Source of the DNA: a virus
Taxonomy: Duplodnaviria; Caudoviricetes
IMG/VR virus record: IMGVR_UViG_3300033233_001970
Length of the DNA: 64,000 nt
Direction: 5' to 3' (one strand)
Part shown: piece after piece, positions 1-8,842 of the stretch
Position numbering within the stretch: position 1 is the stretch's first letter
How the letters are laid out: each line of letters begins with the position of its first letter
Program-made: the position numbers and the translations under genes
Notes under the pieces: model-generated
What the model was told of the DNA's origin: nothing
Database searches by the model: none
What the model saw: only the letters and a program-made list of their open reading frames with translations

Positions 1-175
1 TCGAGAAATGCGACTGCGGCCTCATCGCGTGTGTGTGTGACGAAGCTCGGACGCACCGGGAAGGATGCAGGTACAGGCGCGTGCTGCTCGCGCCGATCGC
101 CTTCCCGTGCGATCACGGTTTCGACGTTTGCCCTCGATGCGATCCGTGCACGTGCCACGAAATGGAGTTAGCCAA

Positions 176-388
176 ATGATCACCAAACAGCAAGCGCGCG
201 AGTATTTTCGTGAAAACCTCAAGATGCATCGCGCTTCCGGCGTGCCCGACGACGGCATCGCGGAGATGTTTGCGTACTGGATGATGGGGCACATCGAGCT
301 CGTCGCCAAAGAGGTGCAAGAGGAGACCGAGAAACGCGTCCGCGATGCTTGCAAGCCGTGGCGCGACGACGGGCTAACCGATGGCTGA
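176..388 (+). CDS. hypothetical protein
   Basis: ATG at 176 downstream of GGAG; helical-looking 70 aa ORF. Confidence 0.5.
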   Translation: MITKQQAREYFRENLKMHRASGVPDDGIAEMFAYWMMGHIELVAKEVQEETEKRVRDACKPWRDDGLTDG

Positions 389-558
389 AAGGACGAGAAA
401 ATCGGAGGAGTTTTGAGGGTACACGGTCTTCGTTTCGAAGATGACGAGCTACCTCACGACGGCTTCAACCTGCTGACGCTACGAAGCAAGCTCGTTCCGT
501 CAAACGGTCCAGCCGTTACGATCAGCGATCGGGATCGCTCGCGAACAGCAAATGAAAT

Positions 559-1227
559 TTACCGAGCCGCCGGCTGCCCATCGAGAAGCGAAACGCGCAC
601 CGCGCCAGCTCCGCCCATCGTAGCGCCTTGAAATTGGCACGGGACGTCGGGTTTGTACTGCGTTCCGGTTTTGCAGCCGTCGCTTCCCGGTTTCATTCCG
701 CACGACGGTTTTTGACGAGCTACACAAATGTCGCATCCCAAAGGAAACACGCCGAAAACCTTCTCGTTGTTCGTAGCTCCCCACACCGGTCCGAGTGGAG
801 TTCGTTTTCCGCCCTCGGTCGACTCGATGAGTACCTCGCTGCTGAAGCCGTCGACCAAGCTGATATCGAGGATGTTGTACCACTTTGGATTGTTGACATT
901 GAGCTCCGCCTTCGTCACACCGCACGTGACCGCTGCATTGAACGACACGGTGACGTTCATGTACTGACCGTTGGTCGGCACCGTTCGCGCACCATGGTTC
1001 GCGAGAGGAAATGTGCAGTTGAGCCCCGATCCCGTACAGAAATCCAACGATGAGGGCAAAACGACCGAATCGGCACCAAACGCGAGATACACTACCGCGT
1101 CCTTCGAAGTTTCGTTGGTGATCTCGACGGTGGTTTTGCCACATGAAGCGGCCGGCGCCTGGGTCGGGCAACAGGCAGCGATCACCAAACAGGCAACGAC
1201 GCTAGAGAACGAGTGATGTCGAATCAT
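559..1227 (-). CDS. secreted/lipoprotein thaumatin-like Cys-rich protein
   Basis: hydrophobic signal ending IAACC; LDISLVDGFS matches thaumatin (Y)DxSLVDG(F/Y)N motif; many Cys; ATG 1227 preceded by TGA-TAGATT-N6. Confidence 0.6.
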   Translation of the reverse strand: MIRHHSFSSVVACLVIAACCPTQAPAASCGKTTVEITNETSKDAVVYLAFGADSVVLPSSLDFCTGSGLNCTFPLANHGARTVPTNGQYMNVTVSFNAAVTCGVTKAELNVNNPKWYNILDISLVDGFSSEVLIESTEGGKRTPLGPVWGATNNEKVFGVFPLGCDICVARQKPSCGMKPGSDGCKTGTQYKPDVPCQFQGATMGGAGAVRVSLLDGQPAAR

Positions 1228-1257
1228 GAGCAAAATCTATCACAGTAACGGAGAACC

Positions 1258-1512
1258 ATGAGCTCTAACGAACATCTCGAAATTGCTTTGATTGCGCTTC
1301 GGCACATTGCCGGCCTCGACCACGCCGACGGTTGCCACGCAGAGTGTTCAGCCGACTCGTGCGGCTGCTACGTGACGACGCTCGAAGAGATGCGTGTTAT
1401 CGCCTCTGAGGCTGTACACGAGCTCGAGGGCGAGATCATTCGTCCGAGACCGCACGATCGCGAAGATCGGCTTACGGCGCGCAACAACGTGACGGATTAC
1501 CGAGGTCGCTAG
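1258..1512 (+). CDS. hypothetical Cys-containing protein
   Basis: GGAG RBS, CxxxC..CxC cluster. Confidence 0.45.
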   Translation: MSSNEHLEIALIALRHIAGLDHADGCHAECSADSCGCYVTTLEEMRVIASEAVHELEGEIIRPRPHDREDRLTARNNVTDYRGR

Positions 1513-2666
1513 ACGTTTGAGCGGTATGCGATCATGGTGGCGCCCGTAGGGCCGAGCGTTCCGCCGCCCGCCGAGGCGTCCGCTACGAATTCAAACGTGT
1601 AGGGCACGTTCAGCGGTGTTATTTGTGCGGCAGGAACGCGGGCCACAATCGAAAACTCCTTCGCTTCGAGCGCCGCAAATCCAAGCGTTCGCGTAACAAA
1701 CGGGAAGGGTTGTCCGGCGACTTGAAGTCCTACGTTGACGGAGCCTGGTGCCGCGTCTTTGGCAATGATGCAGGTGGCGTGGAGATCAATAAATTGGCCG
1801 GTTCCTGGTGTCATCGCGATCGTTGCGCAGATCGGTGTAAAGACAGCTCCAGGAAACGCGCTTCCGGCGCCGTTGTCCGCGTACGCGCTCTCGAGCAGGG
1901 CGCGATATTTGATGATGGGTACAACCGTACCACCGGGAAGCGCTGCGGCTTGCGCCGTTGCGAAGAGCGCGGCCGATGATCCGATCTGTACAGAGAGCGC
2001 CGAGAGTGCAGCGGTCTTCCCGAGCGTATTCATATCGATCATCGAAAGATCGAGCATGAAAAACGCGAGCACTGTGAAAGCGGTAACACCGTCCGCGAAG
2101 AACACGGGCGCTGTGCCCGTGCCCACGTGAAATCCATCGTGAGTAATGACGAGTGCAAACCCGCCGTCGTCGGCTTGCAGAAACGGCGCTGTGCCCGAGG
2201 TCGTGATGCTGCCTTGACCCAAGTAGAGAAGCGAGTTCGCTCCGGTCGGGATGGTGATAGTGGGCGTCGCGCCCGCTTGAGTCATGTTGAGGCGACTGAT
2301 AACGCCAATGCCAGAAAGGTGCGCGCCGTCGTCGAAGATGAGCGTGGTAACGTTGAAATTGAACGGGGCGGTACCCGGCGTTCCAACGAGCGTAACGTCG
2401 TCACGATTGCCGAAGTTCCACGTTCCCGCAGGGATATGGACGGGATTGACGATGCCTCCGTCGATTTCGATGACGCGAGGCCCTTGGACCGCTGTACACG
2501 CCGCCGCGAGAGTCGGCCAGTCCGTGTAGACGTTCTTGTTGGCTACGCCGCCAGGTCGAAATACGAAGGTCGTCTGCTCAGCCGCAGAGGAGGCAATCGC
2601 GCTATTCGCTCGAGCGATGGCGAGGTCGATTTCAGGACGACGGATGCTTTCATCTCGATGGCGCAT
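1509..2666 (-). CDS. fibre/spike-like virion protein (HRDESIRRPEIDLAIARAN leader family)
   Basis: Gly/Ala/Thr-rich beta-type sequence; first ~85 aa paralogous to 28962..30638. Confidence 0.6.
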   Translation of the reverse strand: MRHRDESIRRPEIDLAIARANSAIASSAAEQTTFVFRPGGVANKNVYTDWPTLAAACTAVQGPRVIEIDGGIVNPVHIPAGTWNFGNRDDVTLVGTPGTAPFNFNVTTLIFDDGAHLSGIGVISRLNMTQAGATPTITIPTGANSLLYLGQGSITTSGTAPFLQADDGGFALVITHDGFHVGTGTAPVFFADGVTAFTVLAFFMLDLSMIDMNTLGKTAALSALSVQIGSSAALFATAQAAALPGGTVVPIIKYRALLESAYADNGAGSAFPGAVFTPICATIAMTPGTGQFIDLHATCIIAKDAAPGSVNVGLQVAGQPFPFVTRTLGFAALEAKEFSIVARVPAAQITPLNVPYTFEFVADASAGGGTLGPTGATMIAYRSNV

Positions 2667-2672
2667 GCATCA

Positions 2673-2690
2673 GATCTATCACTTGCCGTT
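2673..2690 (-). promoter_or_regulatory. putative promoter AACGGCAAG-TGA-TAGATC, 6 nt before ATG
   Basis: near-identical to 30645..30662. Confidence 0.55.
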
Positions 2691-2723
2691 CGAGAACGAA
2701 ACTATGTTTCTGCCGGCAATCAG

Positions 2724-3044
2724 TTAAGCAGCTCCTCGACACTGATCTGCGCGCAAACCGGCGACACTTCGATGGGGTTCAAAGGGAAGTCGCCGTTGGA
2801 GCCGACGAGATTGATCTGTACGGGTTAGCGGTGCCGCCGGTGTCCCGCCCTGCATCTGCTTGATCGTCGCGCCCGAGTCGAGCATCACGATCTTGTTGAT
2901 CGTGTCGCCGCTCAGCTCGACGACGCGGTTGGCGCCTAGAGGTCCAACGACGTTGCCGGCTAGAAGGCCACCACCGGACGGAGAGGGAAGCGGATACGTA
3001 GAGGCCGCAAATCCTGCACCCTGACTTCCTCTACGAGCGCTCAT
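2724..3044 (-). CDS. short or truncated fibre-like protein (FAAxxYP leader family)
   Basis: N-terminus MSARRGSQGAGFAASTYPLP shared with four other ORFs; C-terminal part looks out of frame. Confidence 0.45.
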   Translation of the reverse strand: MSARRGSQGAGFAASTYPLPSPSGGGLLAGNVVGPLGANRVVELSGDTINKIVMLDSGATIKQMQGGTPAAPLTRTDQSRRLQRRLPFEPHRSVAGLRADQCRGAA

Positions 3045-3080
3045 TCCATTACTTCTATCACTTGTCGTCCGAAAATTATT

Positions 3081-3392
3081 CTATTTTTCATCGCGAAGCG
3101 TCTGGTACGCCGCCCACGACAAGACGCCTACCTCGACGGCGCCCGTCGCGGCAACCGTGTAGTAAATGAGCTCTTTTCCGCGAAGTCCGGCAATAAACAG
3201 CCCTCCCGCGACAAGGGCTCCACGGCAAATCATCGAGCCCACGACGCGCGCGACGTCAACGTAGAGCTCGTGTTTGCCCTGCATGAGATCAATGGCGGTG
3301 CTTCCCGAAGGAAGACCTGGTTTGCAAACGAGATCGCTGTTTGCCAAAGAAGGATTTCGCGCGCGTGCGCGACGGCGCCTCATGATTTGCAC
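3081..3392 (-). CDS. membrane protein with basic leader ending RARNP
   Basis: RRRRARARNP leader, two hydrophobic segments. Confidence 0.55.
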   Translation of the reverse strand: MQIMRRRRARARNPSLANSDLVCKPGLPSGSTAIDLMQGKHELYVDVARVVGSMICRGALVAGGLFIAGLRGKELIYYTVAATGAVEVGVLSWAAYQTLRDEK

Positions 3393-3850
3393 CCAACTCC
3401 GTTAACGATCTCGATTTTCCACCACGGCGGGTACCGTTCGCTGTCGATGCGACGCATCATGGCGTCGATCGTTCTTCGCGGAACGCCGTGAAGACCGCGC
3501 GACGCTGCCGTTTCCGGGTCGCACCGCACGCGGATCACTTTCGACATGTACCCAAACGCCGCCGCGAGCGCCATGTAGGGAGCGATCTCGACGGTCGACG
3601 TGTTCGTGTTGTCGACGACCACCACATGAATGCCGGACTCGATGGCGTCCAGAAAATTACGAAGGCATTCGGCGTGCGCTTCGCCTAGTTTGGATACGTC
3701 GAATTTGTATCCTTGAGGCGTTTCGAAGAAATGATCGGCGGACACGACACGCGTGCGATGCCCTTGCCCCTTGGCCGCCGCCGCGATTTGTTTCGCGAGC
3801 GTGCTTTTGCCGGAGCCGGAGACGCCTTGCATGACGATGACTTCTTTCAC
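3380..3850 (-). CDS. AAA_33-type P-loop kinase (polynucleotide kinase/N4BP2-like)
   Basis: GVSGSGKST Walker A, VSADHFF, VVDNTN, HGVP motifs. Confidence 0.85.
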   Translation of the reverse strand: MKEVIVMQGVSGSGKSTLAKQIAAAAKGQGHRTRVVSADHFFETPQGYKFDVSKLGEAHAECLRNFLDAIESGIHVVVVDNTNTSTVEIAPYMALAAAFGYMSKVIRVRCDPETAASRGLHGVPRRTIDAMMRRIDSERYPPWWKIEIVNGVGCKS

Positions 3851-3875
3851 GGACGAGACCTTTCGGCGGAGTATG

Positions 3876-4502
3876 TCATGGAAGTCGAACTGCTTTTTCT
3901 TCGGCTTTCGTCAGCACGACAGCCGGAAGTGTCTTAACGCCCATCCGAATCGCTTTGCCGATACGGTGCCATCCGTCGATTGGTAGAGCGCCGTACTTCG
4001 TCACGATGACGATGAGTGGAACGCGAAGTTTGATTACCTGATCTTCGACCGGAAACTCGAGATCGCGGTCAACTCGTTTCCAATCGATGCCGACGAGAGG
4101 AGCAAGCGGTCGCAGATCGATAACCTTGAAGGTGACGAGCTTGCGCTCCGGCTTGCTCGCCAGGATCATCTTGGCTTTGCCGATGTTCCAAGCGTCCTGG
4201 CCAAACCGAAAATACTCATGCGAATGCTCGGTCGCGTTCCAGTCGGCAGGATCCCAGCGCTGAGCAGGGTTTTGAGTCACGGTATTTCTCGTCGCAAGGA
4301 GTCCGATGAGCACGCCTGTGCCACCGCCGACAAGAATGGACGAAAGAGCGTGTCCCAGGATGCCCTTGCTCTTGTCTGGACCGCCGTACTCGTCTGAAAA
4401 CGACGCGAAGCCGCCCGCAACGACGCCTCCGGCCATCGCTAGGACGGCGCCCACGCCTGCCCAGACGCGTCCCGTAGGGTTTTCCATGGCTTCGGATGTC
4501 AT
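3876..4502 (-). CDS. ENP-membrane module fused to ParB/Srx-like domain
   Basis: MENP + two TM helices, QNP, then PLIV..IDGWHR..A..G..LPA ParB-like motif; ATGA overlap with upstream gene. Confidence 0.65.
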   Translation of the reverse strand: MTSEAMENPTGRVWAGVGAVLAMAGGVVAGGFASFSDEYGGPDKSKGILGHALSSILVGGGTGVLIGLLATRNTVTQNPAQRWDPADWNATEHSHEYFRFGQDAWNIGKAKMILASKPERKLVTFKVIDLRPLAPLVGIDWKRVDRDLEFPVEDQVIKLRVPLIVIVTKYGALPIDGWHRIGKAIRMGVKTLPAVVLTKAEEKAVRLP

Positions 4503-5710
4503 TTCTCGAGCTCCGCGCGCGTCGCGGCCACGAGCTCCTGTGTCATCTCCACAAATCGACGATAATGATCGGGCGTACGAAGCATCCAATCCGGCATGCT
4601 CGTGTAGTCCGGTGCTTTCGGGTGCGCGCTGTAGATGATGACCGCGCCATCGGGACCGTGAATCGGGACGTGCCACTCGCCTTTGAATTCGAAGTTCGGC
4701 GGGAGCATGACCACGAAGCCTTCGGGTGGAATGGAGATGCCTTTGTGTGGTCGATGGAGCTGAAAAACGGACAAATCGAGAAGGAACGGGATGCTCTTCG
4801 TCTTACCGACGATGACAAGATGACCTGGGAATCCTGTGCCGCCGTCGCACGATTCGTCGATAATGAGAATGCGGGCTTTTTCGGGGTCGGGCTGAGCGAC
4901 CGCGCCGCTCGCCCACGCGTAATACGCCGCGTTCATCGCCGCCGTGCGTGTGGGCATGGGCCGTCCCGCGATTCCAAACGGCTTCAACGCTTCGATGCCG
5001 ATTTTCGTGGCGGCGATACAGCAGTCGGGCTTGAAACACTGGCCGAGGACGCGCCACGAGACCTTCGCCATGGCCTCGAGCACCTGAAACGGATCGGTTT
5101 TGGGATTCTTTTTCGCGTAAGAGCCATACGGCCCTTCGCCACGACCTTTGATCCCGTGCGCGGTATAAAGGACGCGCTTGCGATCAATGACTTGTCGAAT
5201 TTCTTCTTTGATGGCCTCGTCCGCTTCGAAGTTGATAGCACCGCCAAGAACATTTAGACCCAACCAGCTTACTCCGTTCCAGGATTGATCCGGAAAATCA
5301 CTATAGCTATTGTCTGACAAATCAATGCGCTCGTAGATTCCTACCGAAATGATCGAAACTTGTTTCGGATTATTGAGGTTGAACCAAACCTCGCCAACCA
5401 GATCGTCGTTGCTGTGTCCGTCATCTCTTGCATAAAGGAAGTTTTTTCGCATCCATCGCATTGCATTGTTTTCGATGATGAGCTCGTCCTGAACAAGCTG
5501 ATCCCACCCTTCTGGCGTGAGCTCTCCCGCTGCGTTTAGCCATCCGTCTTTTTGGCCGCGAAGTCGATCGGCCGCGTCACCATATTTTAGGCCGAATCTT
5601 TCGTCGGCATTGGCTTCGATCACGTCTTCGTGATCGAAGTGCAGATCAAACGAAACAGAGCGCTCGTTTGGATCCGTGGGATTGCGACGGTAGCGCGGAA
5701 CGGTGTTCAC
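4499..5710 (-). CDS. two-module NP-tagged protein; C-terminal transglutaminase/papain-like domain
   Basis: YRRNP leader; KKNP joint followed by DCCIAAT...FPGHLVIV...LLDLS (Cys-His-Asp spacing). Confidence 0.55.
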   Translation of the reverse strand: MNTVPRYRRNPTDPNERSVSFDLHFDHEDVIEANADERFGLKYGDAADRLRGQKDGWLNAAGELTPEGWDQLVQDELIIENNAMRWMRKNFLYARDDGHSNDDLVGEVWFNLNNPKQVSIISVGIYERIDLSDNSYSDFPDQSWNGVSWLGLNVLGGAINFEADEAIKEEIRQVIDRKRVLYTAHGIKGRGEGPYGSYAKKNPKTDPFQVLEAMAKVSWRVLGQCFKPDCCIAATKIGIEALKPFGIAGRPMPTRTAAMNAAYYAWASGAVAQPDPEKARILIIDESCDGGTGFPGHLVIVGKTKSIPFLLDLSVFQLHRPHKGISIPPEGFVVMLPPNFEFKGEWHVPIHGPDGAVIIYSAHPKAPDYTSMPDWMLRTPDHYRRFVEMTQELVAATRAELEK

Positions 5711-6237
5711 GACTTCACCGGACGGCCGCCATGGTACGTCACGCGCTTTCTCAGTGGCGTCGCAGGCGGAGGCGTTGTCACCTCGAAGATTTTGACCTCA
5801 TCGCTACGCACTTTGCGTCCGCTCGTGCCGACGAACTCGTAGCCATCATCACTATCATCATTGTTTTCATCGTCGCCAAGATCTGCGTTGACGGGATCCG
5901 GATCATCGATGTTGTCGGCGAAGTAGCCCTCCCATCCCATTTCTTCCGCAAAATCTGCCGCGTAGTCGAGCGCCTCGTCTTCGGCGTCGGCGTTGACGAG
6001 AATGCCGTAGTTCGTGTGATCGTCGAAGCTGACGAGGTACGAACGGCGCCACGCTTTATGTTCTACGTTCGCGTACTGCCACTCTTTGCTACGCTGACCA
6101 ATCAAGCGAAACGGTCGCTCGTATTCGACATTCTCGACGATGACTTTCTTGCCGCCGACGTAGTGACTCTCATTCTCATCGCCAATGACCTTGGGCGGAG
6201 CTGCTTTCGGATTTCGGTAGCGCGGAATAGCGTTCAC
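5707..6237 (-). CDS. acidic hypothetical protein with YRNP leader
   Basis: MNAIPRYRNP leader paralogous to MNTVPRYRRNP of neighbour; GTGA coupling. Confidence 0.65.
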   Translation of the reverse strand: MNAIPRYRNPKAAPPKVIGDENESHYVGGKKVIVENVEYERPFRLIGQRSKEWQYANVEHKAWRRSYLVSFDDHTNYGILVNADAEDEALDYAADFAEEMGWEGYFADNIDDPDPVNADLGDDENNDDSDDGYEFVGTSGRKVRSDEVKIFEVTTPPPATPLRKRVTYHGGRPVKS

Positions 6238-6824
6238 CGGTACCTCCGCCCACGGCCTCGCCGTCTTGCGCGCGATAGCGCGCTACGTTCGTATTCCTCT
6301 TCGGTCCAGCCTGCTTCATGGAAGAGACGAAGCGTGGCGTCACGTTGATCGGCACAAAACTTCCGCGCGGTCGCTTCGTCTCCGGTGAAAAAGAATGGAT
6401 GCCCGCAGAAGACATTGATCTCGAGGCTCGCGGCGAGCGCTTGAAGCTCGCGATCGAGCTCGCGAAGACGCCTCCACACCTCGTCGAAGGTTTGTCGCGT
6501 TGGGTTGGGACGCACTAGCCGACCCATTTGGTACTTGGCGCGCTTTCTTGGCGTCCATCCCTTGGGGAAAAGTACAAACCGATGGCGTCCGCCCGCGAGC
6601 CGCGTCCAGCAAGCGTCGCAAGGACGTTTCGAGAAATCGCGGATGCCCTCTTCGGTTTCGCTGTCCCAGTTCGGTGAGATGTGCCCGAGCGTTCCGAGGC
6701 GCTCGGCGCCTTCCTCTATCTCGCGAACACGCTCCGGATCGTCGATACCCGAAAGATCGCCGTTGACGGCGTACATGGTGCAGTCTTGGCAAAGCCACAG
6801 CTCGTGGGTGTCATGCACGCTCAT
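6234..6824 (-). CDS. phage Zn-binding protein (CxDC...PCDAC) + RPNP module
   Basis: LCQDC...FSKRPCDAC..LAGGRH pattern typical of small phage proteins. Confidence 0.6.
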   Translation of the reverse strand: MSVHDTHELWLCQDCTMYAVNGDLSGIDDPERVREIEEGAERLGTLGHISPNWDSETEEGIRDFSKRPCDACWTRLAGGRHRFVLFPKGWTPRKRAKYQMGRLVRPNPTRQTFDEVWRRLRELDRELQALAASLEINVFCGHPFFFTGDEATARKFCADQRDATLRLFHEAGWTEEEYERSALSRARRRGRGRRYR

Positions 6825-7444
6825 GACGCGCGAGCCCTCAGCAAACCAAGTTCATGCATCGACTTGTATCCGTCACGCGCGACGACGACATGATCGACGA
6901 GCGGCGCGCCGACTTCCTCGCCCGCACGCCGGACGCGACGTGTGAAATCGATGTCTTCTGGACTTGGTGTCGGATCGCCGCTCGGGTGGTTGTGCACGAG
7001 AATGAACGCGCTCGCGGCTTCTCGTAGCGCGATTCGCAAGGGATCGCGTACCGACACGTGAAGACCGTGAAGTCCACCCGAAGCAATGCGGCACGCCGAC
7101 CGAAGCACATTGCGGCCGTCGAGCGCCAAAAGCCACAGTTCTTCGAAATCAAGAGGGACGAGCCGAGGCTTGGCCCACGCGTACACCGCTTCGGCTTCAG
7201 GAAACGAGTATCCCTCTGCACGCGATGCGCGCTCGAGCGCTTTGCGACCTAATTCGAGCGCAGAAACGATGCGCACGGCGGCGGCCTCGCCCACCGAAGC
7301 CGCGATTTCGCCCGTTCCTGCGCGCAAAAGACCGTCGAATCCGCCCATGTCGTGAAGCAGTTGGAGCGCGCGACGCTCTCCGATTCCGCCGACGATGGCG
7401 ACGAGCTCGATCTCGCCGATATTGGAGATCGGGTTTTTGCGCAT
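6821..7444 (-). CDS. radC: RadC family JAB/MPN-domain protein
   Basis: HhH-like region, ALELGR, E..WLLALD, HNHPSGDPTPSPEDI, LVDHVVV. Confidence 0.92.
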   Translation of the reverse strand: MRKNPISNIGEIELVAIVGGIGERRALQLLHDMGGFDGLLRAGTGEIAASVGEAAAVRIVSALELGRKALERASRAEGYSFPEAEAVYAWAKPRLVPLDFEELWLLALDGRNVLRSACRIASGGLHGLHVSVRDPLRIALREAASAFILVHNHPSGDPTPSPEDIDFTRRVRRAGEEVGAPLVDHVVVARDGYKSMHELGLLRARAS

Positions 7445-7456
7445 GGGCAGTCGTTT

Positions 7457-7780
7457 TCAGAGGGTAATGAGATCCGAAACGGGCATGCATTCGTCGAGCA
7501 TGTTGAGTGCGTATCCTTCTGGACACGCCCCGCCCACCGGCGCTGTTTTTGTGCCTGCTTCGCCGCCGCCAGGCGTGACATTAGGACCAGGAGCAGGTGT
7601 TCCGCCTCCTCTGCCGCCTCCTGTAGAAACAGGGGTTGGTTGCGGCGTAGAAGCAGGAACGACTGTCGCTTTCGACCTCGAAAACCACCACACGAGCCCG
7701 CCAACGACGGCTGCGCCGCCCGCGACCCAAAGAGCGGTCGCGAGCGGAGGTGAGATCGGATTTTCTTGGAATTGAGCCAT
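7457..7780 (-). CDS. single-pass membrane protein (ENPISPP family)
   Basis: QENPISPPLATALWVAGGAAVVGGLVWWFSRSK then Pro/Gly linker and small Cys domain. Confidence 0.75.
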   Translation of the reverse strand: MAQFQENPISPPLATALWVAGGAAVVGGLVWWFSRSKATVVPASTPQPTPVSTGGGRGGGTPAPGPNVTPGGGEAGTKTAPVGGACPEGYALNMLDECMPVSDLITL

Positions 7781-7784
7781 GCGC

Positions 7785-8291
7785 CTACGACTGGCCGATC
7801 ATCTGCCAGAACGGAACGGTGGTTGCCGTGAGCGTTGCGCTGGCCGTTTCGAAACCGGCGCCGCCGAGCTTGGTGTCGTCGGCCGTCGCTTCGACCTTCG
7901 CTGCGCTCGGGCCCGTGTTCGGATCGTCCTTCGGCCAATCTGCCGGAAGCGGAGTGCCGTCCACGAGATTGATCGGCGGCGAACCGGCGTACATCTTGGT
8001 CTTCGTGACCGAAAACGGCGCCGCAATCGCTTGCTCCGTTCCTTGATCGAGTTTCGAAAGATCAGGAATGCTGAAGCGGTATACTTGACCCGAGAGCAGC
8101 GGTTGTCCCTTCGGAACGCGCGCCCATGTTCCCGTCGCTGCGGGCGTTGTTGCAGGCGCAGGCTTGACGGTTGCCCCCGCAGCCTTCGGTCTCGAGAACC
8201 ACCAAACGAGGCCACCTACAGCGGCAGCGGCGCCCGTGATCCAAAGAGCAGTTTTGACGGGAGGTGAAATGGGATTTTCGTCGTCGAACAT
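7785..8291 (-). CDS. single-pass membrane protein (ENPISPP family, WPxDD domain)
   Basis: MFDDENPISPPVKTALWITGAAAAVGGLVWWFSRPK. Confidence 0.75.
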   Translation of the reverse strand: MFDDENPISPPVKTALWITGAAAAVGGLVWWFSRPKAAGATVKPAPATTPAATGTWARVPKGQPLLSGQVYRFSIPDLSKLDQGTEQAIAAPFSVTKTKMYAGSPPINLVDGTPLPADWPKDDPNTGPSAAKVEATADDTKLGGAGFETASATLTATTVPFWQMIGQS

Positions 8292-8300
8292 GATGTCCTC

Positions 8301-8750
8301 TTAGAGCTTGGGTGCGGCAGGACGAAGCACGAGCACAGCTACGGCCGTTCCGGCAGGAAGCGCTGAAGCGACTGTATAAGGCGCCGTACCGATGTACTTG
8401 CCCTGAAAAGCGACCCCGCGTGCGCTCGTGTAGGGCGGAGGCAGCGGAGCGCCCTGGGCGTACTGCCCTTGATCGAAACCGAGACTGGCCATGGATAGCT
8501 TGAATTTGGCAACATCCCCGTCGGTCCAGCCTGCGGGCGCGTCGAATGCCAAGGCGAAGTAATCGCCAGGCATGACGGTACCTGAAGCGGCCTGCGTCCA
8601 CGCCATCGTGCCACCGGAACCGCCGCCGACCAGAGTGGCTTTTGCGGGCTTCGAGAAAAACCAGACGAGGCCGCCGAGAGCAGCGGCAGCACCGGTGATC
8701 CAAAGAGCGGTTTTGACGGGGGGTGAGATGGGGTTTTCGTCGTCGAACAT
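8301..8750 (-). CDS. single-pass membrane protein (ENPISPP family)
   Basis: MFDDENPISPPVKTALWITGAAAALGGLVWFFSKP. Confidence 0.75.
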   Translation of the reverse strand: MFDDENPISPPVKTALWITGAAAALGGLVWFFSKPAKATLVGGGSGGTMAWTQAASGTVMPGDYFALAFDAPAGWTDGDVAKFKLSMASLGFDQGQYAQGAPLPPPYTSARGVAFQGKYIGTAPYTVASALPAGTAVAVLVLRPAAPKL

Positions 8751-8842
8751 GGATGGGCCTCGTTACGAGAAAGCCTACATGAACTCTTGGCAACGATCTA
8801 TGTTAGTTTTTGGCAACGAAATTCGGTTACCATCTGCAAACG

